This document shows positions 39,219 through 49,193 of a stretch of DNA of 52,330 nucleotides, one piece after another. The notes under the pieces were generated by a model that was given only the letters and a program-made list of their open reading frames with translations, searched no databases and had not been told where the DNA came from. A program made the translations under genes and the position numbers. Each line of letters opens with the position of its first letter. The stretch's first letter is position 1. This stretch comes from Gemmatimonadota bacterium (GTDB lineage: Bacteria > Gemmatimonadota > Gemmatimonadetes > Gemmatimonadales > GWC2-71-9): the NCBI GenBank assembly GCA_036679605.1, contig JAZDCZ010000038.1:1-52330 (forward strand), given 5' to 3'.

Positions 39219-40195
39219 CGATCTCTATCCTTCGATTGATTGGTGGGCTGATCGTCTTGTTCGGCGGTGGTCATTACCTCGTGAAGGGTGCTACGCGGAT
39301 AGCCTTACAGACCCGAATCTCGGCCGGCGTTATCGGCCTTACGGTAGTTGCAATGGGGACGAGTCTGCCGGAACTTGCAGTCAGCGTCGGGGCAGCGTCA
39401 CGCGGAGTCACCGACCTAGCATACGCCAACATCGTCGGATCAACCATCTTCAATATCGGCATGATCCTTGGTATCGCTGCACTGCTTCTTCCGATCAGTG
39501 TCAAGCGACAGACAATAAGAATCGAATACCCTTTCATGCTGGGCGTCGCAGCCCTGGTCGTGCTGCTCTGCCTGAATGGCAAGATCGGTTTCACCGAAGG
39601 CATACTTCTTCTCAGCCTCCTTGTTCTCTTCACGCTGTTCGTGATCTACCTGGCGAGACGGCAAGTAGCTGGAGATGAGGCCCTTCAACTGGAACGGGAC
39701 GTACAGCGAGCGGCAAACCTCGAGACTGGAGCGGCACCATCCTGGAGCCGGAGCTTGTTCTGGGTCGTGTTGGGAATAGTAGCGCTGGTGCTCGGGGCCG
39801 ATCAGGCAGTTCAGGGTGCTGTGACAGCCGCGCAGGTATGGGGTGTCAGCGAGCGAATCATTGGCCTCACGGTAGTGGCTATGGGAACGAGCCTCCCGGA
39901 GTTGGCTACCAGTGTTGTGGCAGCGCGCAGGGGCGAGCAAGAGATCGCGCTCGGCAACGTAATCGGATCCAACATATTCAATCTCTTGGCCGTCTTGGGC
40001 ACTACCGCCATAGTCGTGCCGGTGCAAATCAACCCTCGGGCTCTCGGACTCGACAACTGGGTAATGTTGGCCTTCTGCGCAGCGATGTTTCCCTTAATGT
40101 TCTTCGGTCAGAGAAAACTGAGTCGGGTCGACGGGCTGATACTGCTAACCGGGTTCGGCGCCTACATGTCTTACCTGATTCTAGCTGGCGGTTAG
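39215..40195 (+). CDS. Ca2+/Na+ antiporter (CaCA, YrbG-like)
   Basis: Two IGLTVVAMGTSLPEL alpha-repeats and N(I/V)xGSxIFN motifs. Confidence 0.93.
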   Translation: MTISILRLIGGLIVLFGGGHYLVKGATRIALQTRISAGVIGLTVVAMGTSLPELAVSVGAASRGVTDLAYANIVGSTIFNIGMILGIAALLLPISVKRQTIRIEYPFMLGVAALVVLLCLNGKIGFTEGILLLSLLVLFTLFVIYLARRQVAGDEALQLERDVQRAANLETGAAPSWSRSLFWVVLGIVALVLGADQAVQGAVTAAQVWGVSERIIGLTVVAMGTSLPELATSVVAARRGEQEIALGNVIGSNIFNLLAVLGTTAIVVPVQINPRALGLDNWVMLAFCAAMFPLMFFGQRKLSRVDGLILLTGFGAYMSYLILAGG

Positions 40196-40663
40196 CGGGA
40201 CTATTCTAGCCCTCGGCGGGATACCTGGCTCCAACTCCATGATGCCCACCGACGGGGGGATTCCGAAGCGGGCGGCTCCTGCGGAACCCGGGTTCATTGC
40301 CGTGACAGTTCGGTCCACCAGTTCGAGTAGGGGCCTGTGGGTGTGGCCGAACACGATAATATCGGCCTCGGGAAATTCTTCATGCAGAATCTCGGGGGTC
40401 GGCGATCCGAATTGATCTCCGTGTGTGACGAAAGCAATTAGTCCATCCAGCTCGACGCGGGCTACTTTCGGACAGCGGCCCCGAACGTCGAAACCATCGA
40501 CATTCCCAAAAACAGCCGTCACTGGAGCCAGCGCCTCCAGTTCGTCGAGTATTTCTGCCGGCCCTACATCCCCACCGTGCAATATGTGATCGACTTCGGC
40601 AAAGATGTCGAAGACATCTGGTACCAACTTCCCATGTGTGTCGGAGATTATGCCGAGCCGCAC
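40181..40663 (-). CDS. YfcE-like metallophosphoesterase
   Basis: SDTHG, HGGD, GNVD, THGD, GHTH, NPGS. Confidence 0.9.
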   Translation of the reverse strand: MRLGIISDTHGKLVPDVFDIFAEVDHILHGGDVGPAEILDELEALAPVTAVFGNVDGFDVRGRCPKVARVELDGLIAFVTHGDQFGSPTPEILHEEFPEADIIVFGHTHRPLLELVDRTVTAMNPGSAGAARFGIPPSVGIMELEPGIPPRARIVPLTAS

Positions 40664-41275
40664 CTAAGCTCCGCCGCTCCAGCGCGGAGTCAGGTCGAGG
40701 TCGACTTTCATATGGTCCAGTATCCGCTGCACGACAAAGTCCACCAAATCCGTGACCGCGGCGGGACGGTGATAGAAGCCGGGAGCCGCCGGCAGCACAG
40801 TGGCTCCGGCCTCGGCGACCGCCGTGAGATTCCGCAGGTGAATCAGCGAGAGCGGGGTTTCCCGCGGCACGAGGATCAGGGGACGCCGTTCCTTGAGAGC
40901 TACGTCGCCCGCCCGCTCGATGAGCGAACGGCTGGTTCCGTTAGCAATGGCCGAGACGGTTCCCATCGAGCACGGACAGATCACCATGCCGGCACTCCTG
41001 GCTGAGCCCGAGGCTGGAGCCGCCCCGCGGTCACCATCGTCGAACACCTCAACGTTGGGCCAGTCTCCGCCCGTGGCACCACGCAACTGCTCGAGGGAGG
41101 CCAGGCCGGACTCGGTTTCGAGCAACCGCCAGCCGTGGGCCGACACGATCAATTCGATGGGCACGAGCGCCCCCACCAGCACCTCGAGCAATCGCACCAC
41201 GTATGGTGCTCCCGACGCTCCCGTGATAGCCAAAACCCAGGGTTCATTGCTCGAGCCGTGCGCCGATTTCGTCAT
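40664..41275 (-). CDS. ubiX: Flavin prenyltransferase (UbiX/MqnM family)
   Basis: ITGASGAPY, ASGS, PCSMGT, LKERRPLILVPRETP, PGFYH. Confidence 0.93.
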   Translation of the reverse strand: MTKSAHGSSNEPWVLAITGASGAPYVVRLLEVLVGALVPIELIVSAHGWRLLETESGLASLEQLRGATGGDWPNVEVFDDGDRGAAPASGSARSAGMVICPCSMGTVSAIANGTSRSLIERAGDVALKERRPLILVPRETPLSLIHLRNLTAVAEAGATVLPAAPGFYHRPAAVTDLVDFVVQRILDHMKVDLDLTPRWSGGA

Positions 41276-42171
41276 AGCAATCGATCCCCCAAGGCACCGC
41301 CCAGGACGACGATGCTGATGATCCCGTTCATGCGGAAAAACGCCGCATCCAAGCGGCTCAGGTCACCGGGTCTGACTAGTTGGTGCTCCCACACGAGCAA
41401 TCCTGCTGCAACCGCTATGGCGAGGTAGTACCAGACACCTAGACCGGCACCAAATCCGAACCAGACTAACATTGTTATCGTGATACCATGCAACAGTTTA
41501 GCGAAGATGATGCTCCGGGCCCTGCCCAGGAGCACCACAGCACTCTTGAGGCCATATTCTCGATCGAATGCCTCGTCTTGCAGGGCATAGAATATGTCGA
41601 ATCCGGCCACCCAAGTGAGTACGGAGCATGACAAAACGAGGAGCGTCCACCATGGGTTGCTCCATGAGCCCGCTACAGCCAGATACCCCCCAACGGGAGC
41701 GATGGCCAATGCTCCGCCGAGCCAAAGATGAGCCAAACTGGTAAACCGCTTCGCGTAGCTATAACCCAGGATCCACACCAACGCTATGGGACTGAGCTTG
41801 AGGCAAAGCGGATTCAGCACGGCGGTGGCGGCCACAAACAGGGCCGAGGCGGCGGCCACAGCCAACTTGGCTTGTGTCAGGCTCAGCCGGCCGGTGGGCA
41901 GTTCTCGATTAGCGGTTCTCGGGTTGATCGCGTCGTAGTGGCGGTCGGCGATGCGATTGAAGCCCATCGCGGCGAAGCGGGCGGAGGCAAAGGCTACCAG
42001 GACCAGGAGCCCTTGAACGAGGGTCGCCTGCGTGTGGGCAGACGCGTAAACGACTCCCAGGAAGGCAAACGGAAGCGCAAATACCGTGTGCGGCAATTTG
42101 ACGAAGTCGATGTACCGAACCAGCAGCGACTCCCCACCAAAGGTCTGGCCTTCCAGACGCGACGTGGTCAT
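41272..42171 (-). CDS. ubiA: UbiA-like polyprenyltransferase (MqnP type)
   Basis: HTVFALPFA, NRIADRHYDAINPRT, YSYAKRF, GFDIFYALQD. Confidence 0.88.
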   Translation of the reverse strand: MTTSRLEGQTFGGESLLVRYIDFVKLPHTVFALPFAFLGVVYASAHTQATLVQGLLVLVAFASARFAAMGFNRIADRHYDAINPRTANRELPTGRLSLTQAKLAVAAASALFVAATAVLNPLCLKLSPIALVWILGYSYAKRFTSLAHLWLGGALAIAPVGGYLAVAGSWSNPWWTLLVLSCSVLTWVAGFDIFYALQDEAFDREYGLKSAVVLLGRARSIIFAKLLHGITITMLVWFGFGAGLGVWYYLAIAVAAGLLVWEHQLVRPGDLSRLDAAFFRMNGIISIVVLGGALGDRLL

Positions 42172-43661
42172 CGACTACCACGTGGCTTGAGATCGATTCC
42201 GAGATCCTTCCACATCCTATCTACCCGCTCCTTTGTCTCGCTATCCATCTCAATCCTCCCGGGCCACTCCCGGTCAAACCCCTCCTCCGGCCACTTCTTC
42301 GTGGCATCGATCCCCATCTTCGAGCCATAGGTAAAGGCACGGCTGGCATGGTCCAGCACATCGATCGGGCCCATGGTGAAACGGATGTCGCGCTCCGGGT
42401 CCATATGATTGAGCGCTACCCACCATGCCTCCTCCGGGTTTCGCACATCGACGTCTCGGTCGACAACCACCAACACTTTCGCCAGAGACATGAGACCCAG
42501 CCCCCAAAGGCCGTTCATTACCTTTTGAGCATGCCCGGGAAACTGCTTGTCGATGCTGACGAAGACCAGGTTGTGAAAAATCCCTTCGGCCGGCATGTGG
42601 TAATCCACTATCTCGGGCAAGTTGAGCTTCAAGAGGGGAAGGAAGATCCGCTCGGTGGCGTGCCCTAGATAGTAGTCCTCCATCGGTGGGCGCCCCACGA
42701 TTGTCGTGGGATAGATCGGCTGGCTCCTCATCGTCACCGCCGTAACGTGCACCGCAGGATACTCGTCCGCCAGCGAGTAGAACCCGGTGTGATCGCCGAA
42801 TGGCCCCTCGGTCACCAGCGGTTCGGATGGATCGATGTACCCTTCGATCACCAGTTCCGCTTCGGCCGGGACCAGGAGATCGTTCGTGACTGCCCGCACG
42901 AGACGCACCGGCTTGCGGCGCAGGAATCCTGCGAACACGTACTCGTCGATGTTGGGCGGCAACGGAGCAGACGCACAGTATATCGATGAGGGATCTCCGC
43001 CCAAGACAATTGCAACAGGCATCTTCTTGCCCCGCTCCGCCATCTCACGCCAATGCGCTGCGCCTACCTTGTGACGCTGCCAGTGCATGGCAAGACGATC
43101 TCTCTCCAATACTTGGACGCGGTACATGCCCACATTCCTGATGCCGGTGGACGGATCCCTAGTTACGACCTGGGGCAACGTTATGTAGCTACCACCATCT
43201 TCCGGCCAGCACTTGATGATTGGCATACCGGCCAAGTCTATGTCCGGGCCTTGCTGCACAATTTCCTGACATGGCGCCGAGCCCGATATTATGCGCGGTG
43301 GATACTTGGCGACCTCCGCAACCTTCGACAGCGTGGCCAACTTCTCCCGCCATCCTTCGGGGACCTTCAACTTGATCAATTCCGAAATACGTAACGCAAT
43401 CTCATCGAGACTTCTGACTCCGAAAGCGAGAGAGATTCTCCGCATGGACCCGAACAAGTTGATTGCCACCGGAATGTCGCTCGAGGTACCGCTGGCCAGG
43501 ATCGGGGTTTCGAATACCAGCGCCGGACCACCTCCGCTGCTCTTCATGCAACGGTCCGCCACTTCGGTGATTTCGTGTACCACCGAAACCGGATGGGAGA
43601 TCCTCGTCAGTTCGCCTTGTCGGTCGAGTTCCTGAATAAACTCACGGAGATTGTCAGCCAC
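42168..43661 (-). CDS. ubiD: Menaquinone biosynthesis decarboxylase (UbiD/MqnL family)
   Basis: RNVGMYR, EGPFGDHTGFY, GRPPMED, GSKMGIDAT. Confidence 0.92.
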   Translation of the reverse strand: MADNLREFIQELDRQGELTRISHPVSVVHEITEVADRCMKSSGGGPALVFETPILASGTSSDIPVAINLFGSMRRISLAFGVRSLDEIALRISELIKLKVPEGWREKLATLSKVAEVAKYPPRIISGSAPCQEIVQQGPDIDLAGMPIIKCWPEDGGSYITLPQVVTRDPSTGIRNVGMYRVQVLERDRLAMHWQRHKVGAAHWREMAERGKKMPVAIVLGGDPSSIYCASAPLPPNIDEYVFAGFLRRKPVRLVRAVTNDLLVPAEAELVIEGYIDPSEPLVTEGPFGDHTGFYSLADEYPAVHVTAVTMRSQPIYPTTIVGRPPMEDYYLGHATERIFLPLLKLNLPEIVDYHMPAEGIFHNLVFVSIDKQFPGHAQKVMNGLWGLGLMSLAKVLVVVDRDVDVRNPEEAWWVALNHMDPERDIRFTMGPIDVLDHASRAFTYGSKMGIDATKKWPEEGFDREWPGRIEMDSETKERVDRMWKDLGIDLKPRGSR

Positions 43662-44388
43662 CGGCAGTTCCCCAATAGAGTGTAGCTATCCCCAGCGTCA
43701 GCGTACGGTCACCAACATTGTGAAAACCCTCCGAGGAGAGGTGCTGCTTGAAGTGGCCCGAGTCGGGAAAACCTGCAACGGAATCCGGCAGGTAGCTATA
43801 CGCCGACGAGTGCCTCGATATCATCTGTCCTATCAGGGGCAACAGATGCTTGAAATAGAACAGATAGAGCGATCGAACCGGCCACGTGGTTGGTGTCGAG
43901 AACTCCAAGACCACCAAACGTCCCCCCGGACGGAGTACTCTGGCTATCTCGTGCAGGCCGGCTCGAATATCTGTCAAATTCCTTATTCCGAAACCCACTG
44001 TGCATCCGTCGAAATGGGCGGCGGGAAACGGCAGAGCAAGAGCATCAGCCCCAACAGCCCGGACCCGATCGGCCTTGTCGCGGCCAAGCGCCAGCATCTC
44101 CACCACGAAATCCGCGCCCACCACTTGACCCTCGAATTTCGGACGACTAGCCAGCTCGGCGGCGAGGTCGAGAGTGCCCGCGCAGAGATCAAGGTACACG
44201 CCCGACGGGGCTCGCTCCCAATCCAGCCGCTTGACGGCGGCATGTCTCCAGCGCTTGTCTATGTTAAGACTTAGGAGATGATTCAGTAGGTCGTACCGCG
44301 GCGCGATGGCGGTAAACATCTGCTTCACGTACGTCCGCTTCTCTGCTGCGGTGGCTGAGGAGTGACCCAAGGTGGGGGGGGCGGGCAT
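43654..44388 (-). CDS. ubiE: Demethylmenaquinone methyltransferase (UbiE/MenG)
   Basis: MFTAIAPRYDLLN, LDLCAGT, GFGIRN, RVLRPGG, AYSYLPDSV. ATG at 44388 lies 7 nt after a -10-like TACCTT, so it is probably leaderless. Confidence 0.92.
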   Translation of the reverse strand: MPAPPTLGHSSATAAEKRTYVKQMFTAIAPRYDLLNHLLSLNIDKRWRHAAVKRLDWERAPSGVYLDLCAGTLDLAAELASRPKFEGQVVGADFVVEMLALGRDKADRVRAVGADALALPFPAAHFDGCTVGFGIRNLTDIRAGLHEIARVLRPGGRLVVLEFSTPTTWPVRSLYLFYFKHLLPLIGQMISRHSSAYSYLPDSVAGFPDSGHFKQHLSSEGFHNVGDRTLTLGIATLYWGTAGG

Positions 44389-44437
44389 GGCGCGAAAGGT
44401 ACTGGTACGCTTAAACTTGCCGCAAGATGGTGCAAAT

Positions 44438-44464
44438 TGAAACCCTACTTGAGAGCTGGGCGTA
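44438..44464 (+). promoter_or_regulatory. ECF autoregulatory promoter TGAAAC-N17-CGTA
   Basis: Lies immediately upstream of the ECF sigma ATG at 44480. Confidence 0.7.
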
Positions 44465-44479
44465 GATGCCTGTAGCCAT

Positions 44480-45082
44480 ATGGCGCCCTCCATCGATCTA
44501 GCTACCGCAACCGACCAACAGGTCGTCGAATTAGCTCGGAGCGGCCGGGAAGCGGCTTTCCGCGAACTCGTGCGCCGCTACCAGCGACCGGTTTTCTCGC
44601 TCATCTATCGCATGGTGCGCGATCGCGAACTTGCAGAAGACTTGGCACAGGAAACGTTCATCAAGGTGCTAAACGCGATCGAACGATACCGCTCGGAATT
44701 CAAGTTCTCATCCTGGATCTTCAAGATTGCGAACAATGCGACCATCGACCACCTGCGACGCAAGGAACTCGATACGCTCTCCCTCGAGGGCGGGCCCGAT
44801 GCAACTACGCCAGACCGCATCGAGGCTACGGCACTCAAGATCGGCGATACCACGGAGAGTCCGCTCGAAGAGTTGGAAGCACGCGAGTTGGGATCGGCAA
44901 TAGAACGGGCAATCGCCACCCTCAGACCTGAATACAAGGCATGTATCATATTGCGACACGTCGAGGGACGTCCATACGAAGAAATTTCCGAAATATTGGA
45001 CCTGCCGCTCGGTACTATTAAGACCTACATTCACCGCGCTCGAGCGGAGTTGCGGGAACTCCTGGAACCACTTCGAGACTAG
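44480..45082 (+). CDS. ECF RNA polymerase sigma factor (SigW/RpoE-like)
   Basis: AEDLAQETFIK, FSSWIFKIANN, YEEISEILDLPLGTIKTYIHRAR. Confidence 0.93.
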   Translation: MAPSIDLATATDQQVVELARSGREAAFRELVRRYQRPVFSLIYRMVRDRELAEDLAQETFIKVLNAIERYRSEFKFSSWIFKIANNATIDHLRRKELDTLSLEGGPDATTPDRIEATALKIGDTTESPLEELEARELGSAIERAIATLRPEYKACIILRHVEGRPYEEISEILDLPLGTIKTYIHRARAELRELLEPLRD

Positions 45083-45092
45083 TTAAGGAGAC

Positions 45093-45118
45093 TGAAACTC
45101 TAACGACCAAGGGTCGTA
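45093..45118 (+). promoter_or_regulatory. Second ECF promoter TGAAAC-N16-CGTA between the sigma gene and the putative anti-sigma gene
   Basis: TGAAAC at 45093-45098, CGTA at 45115-45118. Confidence 0.72.
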
Positions 45119-45131
45119 GGATGGCACTAGA

Positions 45132-45659
45132 ATGCAAGACTTTACGATGAACCCGACCGATCAAAACGAACCGGATGATCTTCTGGATCGAGAGTTGGCG
45201 CTCATGGGGCACTTCTCTCCGAGCGCCGACTTTGAAGATTCCATCATGTCACAGGTGATGCTGCCGGCTCCACGCTGGGTGCAGAGTCTAGCGCGACGCC
45301 GCCGCAAATTGATTGAAACCGGCAAGATTTGGTGGCTGCTGGGAGGGTTCGCGGGAACATCTGCAGTATCAATATCCATCGTTGTGACATTAGTCACGGT
45401 CAATTCGGCCGCAGTCGCAGCTTTCGTGGGGACTGCCTTTCAGAATGTGGGCATCCCGGCCTGGCGGGCTACGTTGGGCTTAATCGCTGCAATCGCGCGC
45501 GACATCTACGCTGCAACAGGCAGCGTCGCCGTTTCGTTATCCGCACTTCTGGCATCCGGAGCAATTCTCGCGACCGGAATCGCGATCAATGCGCTGGTGC
45601 TATACAAACTCATGCATCATCATGGTGCCGCGGGGACAGAGCTAAATGCAATTCAATAA
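45132..45659 (+). CDS. Putative membrane anti-sigma factor
   Basis: Follows the ECF sigma; PSADFEDSIMSQV segment and 2-3 hydrophobic helices. Start may be 45147. Confidence 0.55.
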   Translation: MQDFTMNPTDQNEPDDLLDRELALMGHFSPSADFEDSIMSQVMLPAPRWVQSLARRRRKLIETGKIWWLLGGFAGTSAVSISIVVTLVTVNSAAVAAFVGTAFQNVGIPAWRATLGLIAAIARDIYAATGSVAVSLSALLASGAILATGIAINALVLYKLMHHHGAAGTELNAIQ

Positions 45660-46962
45660 GGCACCACGATCCTTGCTCGTGGCCCTGGTGCTTTCACTGA
45701 CGCTACCAGAGGTCGCGCTGGCACAGGCGAGCATACAGGAAAGAAACACCGCGCGGGTTGTAGCACACTCATCTGTTGTCTCTCGTCGTGGCTCCGCGTT
45801 GACATTCGAACTTTCCGATGGCAACTCGATCAAGGTATCGCTCGTGGCCGGAGAAGTTCGGGTCAACGATCGCGAGGTTGCACGCTACGAACGTGGTGGC
45901 GACCTGGAGACGGCCTGGCAAACCGTTGTGAGTAAGGCGAGCCAGATGGATCCAGCCGAGATGTTGGATGCGGTCAAGAACTGGAAAATGAGCGGGTTAC
46001 CGGAGTCCGGCTTACGCGCTTTCAACAGCATGATGGAACCGTTCGCCCAGCTCACACCGGCACCGGTGGCCGAACCCGTGGGGCCCGGACAGCCGTTGCG
46101 CGTGACGGACATATCCCTTGATGGACTCGACAAGGCCCTGGCCGGCGAACTGGTGGGTTTAGAAGCACTCGAAGCGCTTGATTTGGAGGCCTTGCGACAG
46201 CAAATCCGCGAGGAGGTGAGAGTGGCACGCGGAGCCGCAAGAGATGCAGCGCGAGAAACAGCCCGGGCAGAACGACTGATCGCCCCGCGGCCCTCTGGGC
46301 TTATCGAATTCGGCACCGACGTTGCCAGCTTACTCGCGGCGTTCATCGGCCTGGGAGCGATGGGATTTGGCCTGGCTTTCTTTGGACCGCGGCAGTTGGA
46401 AATCGTAGCGGACACAGTCCGCCAATCTTTCTGGCGATCGTTCGTCACTGGGCTGGTAGCCCAACCACTGATCTTTCCGGTACTCGGAGCAATCATTCTA
46501 GGACTGGTCTTGACCGTGATCGGGGTCGTAGCAGTCCCCTTTGCGATCGCCGGTTTCGTAGTTGCTACGGCGATGGCCGTAGTTGCCGGATATCTGGCGG
46601 TCGCGCGGTCGGTTGGCGAAGTGTATCTGCGACGCAAAATGGCGCAGGGCAAAGACGTCGGGGGGTGGCTGTCCTATCGCTACATCGTCTACGGCCTCGC
46701 CGCGCTGCTGGCGATTTGGGTCCCGGCCGTGCTGTTCGGATGGGTTCCAGTGGCCGGTGAGATCGCCGCAGTGAGTGCGCTGATGCTAACGTGGATGATT
46801 GCCACTGCCGGTTTCGGCGCCATGATCCTCTCGCGCGGCGGTATCCGCGGGACGTTCACCAGGCAGCTCGATCAAGCACTTACTGACGAATATCTTTATG
46901 AACCTTCGCAAGAGACACCGGCGATGCGGGTGCCCGCACGTGCAAGGCGGAGGCGCCGATGA
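45646..46962 (+). CDS. Exported/membrane hypothetical protein of the ECF operon
   Basis: Signal peptide (...EVALA/Q) and about five C-terminal TM helices; overlaps both neighbours. Confidence 0.65.
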   Translation: MQFNKAPRSLLVALVLSLTLPEVALAQASIQERNTARVVAHSSVVSRRGSALTFELSDGNSIKVSLVAGEVRVNDREVARYERGGDLETAWQTVVSKASQMDPAEMLDAVKNWKMSGLPESGLRAFNSMMEPFAQLTPAPVAEPVGPGQPLRVTDISLDGLDKALAGELVGLEALEALDLEALRQQIREEVRVARGAARDAARETARAERLIAPRPSGLIEFGTDVASLLAAFIGLGAMGFGLAFFGPRQLEIVADTVRQSFWRSFVTGLVAQPLIFPVLGAIILGLVLTVIGVVAVPFAIAGFVVATAMAVVAGYLAVARSVGEVYLRRKMAQGKDVGGWLSYRYIVYGLAALLAIWVPAVLFGWVPVAGEIAAVSALMLTWMIATAGFGAMILSRGGIRGTFTRQLDQALTDEYLYEPSQETPAMRVPARARRRRR

Positions 46963-47813
46963 GCGCATCGACTATCCGGACCTTCAGCATCACTCTTGGC
47001 TTGGTCTTTCTAGCGACCGGGCTTGTAGACGCCCAGTCGTTCCGAACGGTGACCGCCACTCGGCTGACCCAGAACGAGGAATCTCTGCGAGTAAACGTCG
47101 AGTTCGCGGCCGGCATACTCCAGCTCGTACCGGGAGATGGCCGCACGCTATACCAGGGCGAGATCTACTATGATGAGGACAAGTATCGACCGGTGACGCG
47201 TTACAGACCCGGGTCGCTCAACTTCAGCCTGAAGTCGAGAGGTGACAACATCAGGCTCGGGAAGCTCAAGACCGCCCAGCGATTGGATCTCTCACTGGCT
47301 CCGCAAGTTCCTACTCGTCTCACAATGAGCATGGGAGCCGCCGAGGCACACATCGAACTCGGCGGGTTATCGATCACCCATGCCTCCATCAAAGTGGGCG
47401 CGGCCAAGGTAACTGTCGGCTTCAGTCGTCCTAACCGGACGCCTTGTTCGGAATTGACAATGAATGCTGGAGCGGCTGAGTTCCACGCCGAACACCTAGG
47501 GAACTCCCGGTGCAAGCGCATCGTGTTCGAGGGTGGGGTGGGGGACGTGACACTGGACTTTACCGGAAGCGAACTAGCCGACGACACGGAAGCACAGATC
47601 AAGCTCGGATTGGGACAGCTCGTTCTACGTCTACCCGAAGACCTCGGCGTCACGGTAGATGTAAGCCGCTTCCTCGCCAGCTTCGATGACTCGGGCTTTG
47701 AGAAGCGCGGCTCGGGATACGTGTCAAGGAACTACGGCGGAGCGAGGTCACGGCTTCACATCTCAATCAAGGCAGTGTTGGGAGACATCGACGTGGAGTT
47801 GGTTGGGCGGTAA
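46959..47813 (+). CDS. Exported beta-rich protein (LiaF/DUF2154-like, envelope stress)
   Basis: Signal peptide; repeated xGAAE/GGVGDV/LGLGQL/VLGDI beta motifs. Confidence 0.5.
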   Translation: MSASTIRTFSITLGLVFLATGLVDAQSFRTVTATRLTQNEESLRVNVEFAAGILQLVPGDGRTLYQGEIYYDEDKYRPVTRYRPGSLNFSLKSRGDNIRLGKLKTAQRLDLSLAPQVPTRLTMSMGAAEAHIELGGLSITHASIKVGAAKVTVGFSRPNRTPCSELTMNAGAAEFHAEHLGNSRCKRIVFEGGVGDVTLDFTGSELADDTEAQIKLGLGQLVLRLPEDLGVTVDVSRFLASFDDSGFEKRGSGYVSRNYGGARSRLHISIKAVLGDIDVELVGR

Positions 47814-47825
47814 GGCGCTAGGAGT

Positions 47826-47876
47826 CCCGCCCTAACGAGGGCGGGCTCGGCCAAGACCAGCGTCCTTACAGGACGC
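47826..47876. terminator. Two GC-rich hairpins between convergent genes
   Basis: cccgccct-aacg-agggcggg (47826-47845) and gcgtcct-tac-aggacgc (47860-47876). Confidence 0.5.
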
Positions 47877-47901
47877 ACTTCTTACGTACACAGTTCCTAT
47901 T

Positions 47902-48978
47902 CTACGGTGACCATCGCCACACCCCGGAACCCGCGGTACCAATCACGAGTCGGCCCTGAGAATCAACCGTCGACGCAAGAGCGCCACATACGTCGGGCGG
48001 AACGGGTATCTCGTCCCACACCTCAGCACCTCCCCGCAAGCGATGGAGCGCCAAGGATCCATGATTAAACTCGCCATTCGTATCACCGCACGAGTCATTG
48101 CTGATATCGAGCAAGAATTGCGGGGCCATCAGGTCGGCACCGGCAAAAACCAGCTTTGCGTTACCGATACCCGTCAGAGAGATCTGCCAGCTATCGGCGC
48201 CGTCATCAGAACGAGCGATGAGTCCGCCCATGCTGGCCCACAGGGTCTGCCCACCCGGGCCTAGGACGAGAGTGAATATTGAAATCTCATTGCGTGGGAA
48301 AGGGATCACAAAATCCCATGTGTCACCCCCATCCGTGCTTCGGTACACAAGAAACGTTCCAAGGGGGCTGCCGACCGCAGCAAATATCTGGCCGTCGACG
48401 TCGGCGGATGCTACGATACTGGTGGCATCAGCTCCGCCGTTTTCCTTGGGGTCGCCTAGAACAAAGTCCCATGTGAGACCGGCATCGTCGGATCGCAGGA
48501 TCAAAGACCCAAGTTGCCAGAACAGCCGGCGTGGTCGGCGCGGGTCGACCGCGAGCGATGGGGCCCAGAACATTCCTCCGTTAGCTGCGGCCATGCCACC
48601 GTCGGAGGCAAACCACGTTCTACCGCTGTCTTCGGTTGCGTAGATGGCTGCCTCCGTAATCTGGAAAACCTCTTGCGGGTCTAATCCAACGAGTAACCGG
48701 CTGGGCGTGCCCGGGACGAAGATAATTGACTGGATGATTACGGTACTCAGTCCCAGTGATTCCCAGTCATTGGCTTCTCTAGCCAGGCGAAAAACGCCAC
48801 CAAAACGCGTCCCTGCAAACAGGCCCCAATCTGTCTGGCTCACGGATCTTACTACCTGGCCCTCAAGACCGAGCTGGACCCACTGGCTGGCAGCGTCCGG
48901 TCCAACGCCGCCGCAAGCCCACAATAGGGGACCAAACAGCAGCGCCGCCAACACCCTTCGCAAGCTTTGCAGTGCCAT
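47902..48978 (-). CDS. Lipoprotein with Asp-box/BNR beta-propeller repeats
   Basis: Lipobox LWAC after ATG 48978; TEDSGRTW, SDDAGLTW, STDGGDTW, SDDGADSW. Confidence 0.75.
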   Translation of the reverse strand: MALQSLRRVLAALLFGPLLWACGGVGPDAASQWVQLGLEGQVVRSVSQTDWGLFAGTRFGGVFRLAREANDWESLGLSTVIIQSIIFVPGTPSRLLVGLDPQEVFQITEAAIYATEDSGRTWFASDGGMAAANGGMFWAPSLAVDPRRPRRLFWQLGSLILRSDDAGLTWDFVLGDPKENGGADATSIVASADVDGQIFAAVGSPLGTFLVYRSTDGGDTWDFVIPFPRNEISIFTLVLGPGGQTLWASMGGLIARSDDGADSWQISLTGIGNAKLVFAGADLMAPQFLLDISNDSCGDTNGEFNHGSLALHRLRGGAEVWDEIPVPPDVCGALASTVDSQGRLVIGTAGSGVWRWSP

Positions 48979-49193
48979 TCGGATGAGTGGCAGTCTTGTG
49001 CTACCAAGCAGCGCAAGTAAGTCAACCGGATCAGCTAGCACACCCATACAAGAACCTCCGCCATTGGAAACGTTCGAACCAGCTAAGCGGTGACCGCCAC
49101 ACCGGGACTCAGCACGTGACCTCAACGGAATAACATAATGTCCTACCGTTAGAAGAAACATATCGGACCCGACGGCACCGCGGGCGGGCCGGT

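Noticed and set aside
44374..44381. G8 tract at the 5' end of ubiE as a phase-variation switch
   Set aside because: Short, in frame, encodes Ala-Pro-Pro in a housekeeping gene of a GC-rich genome.
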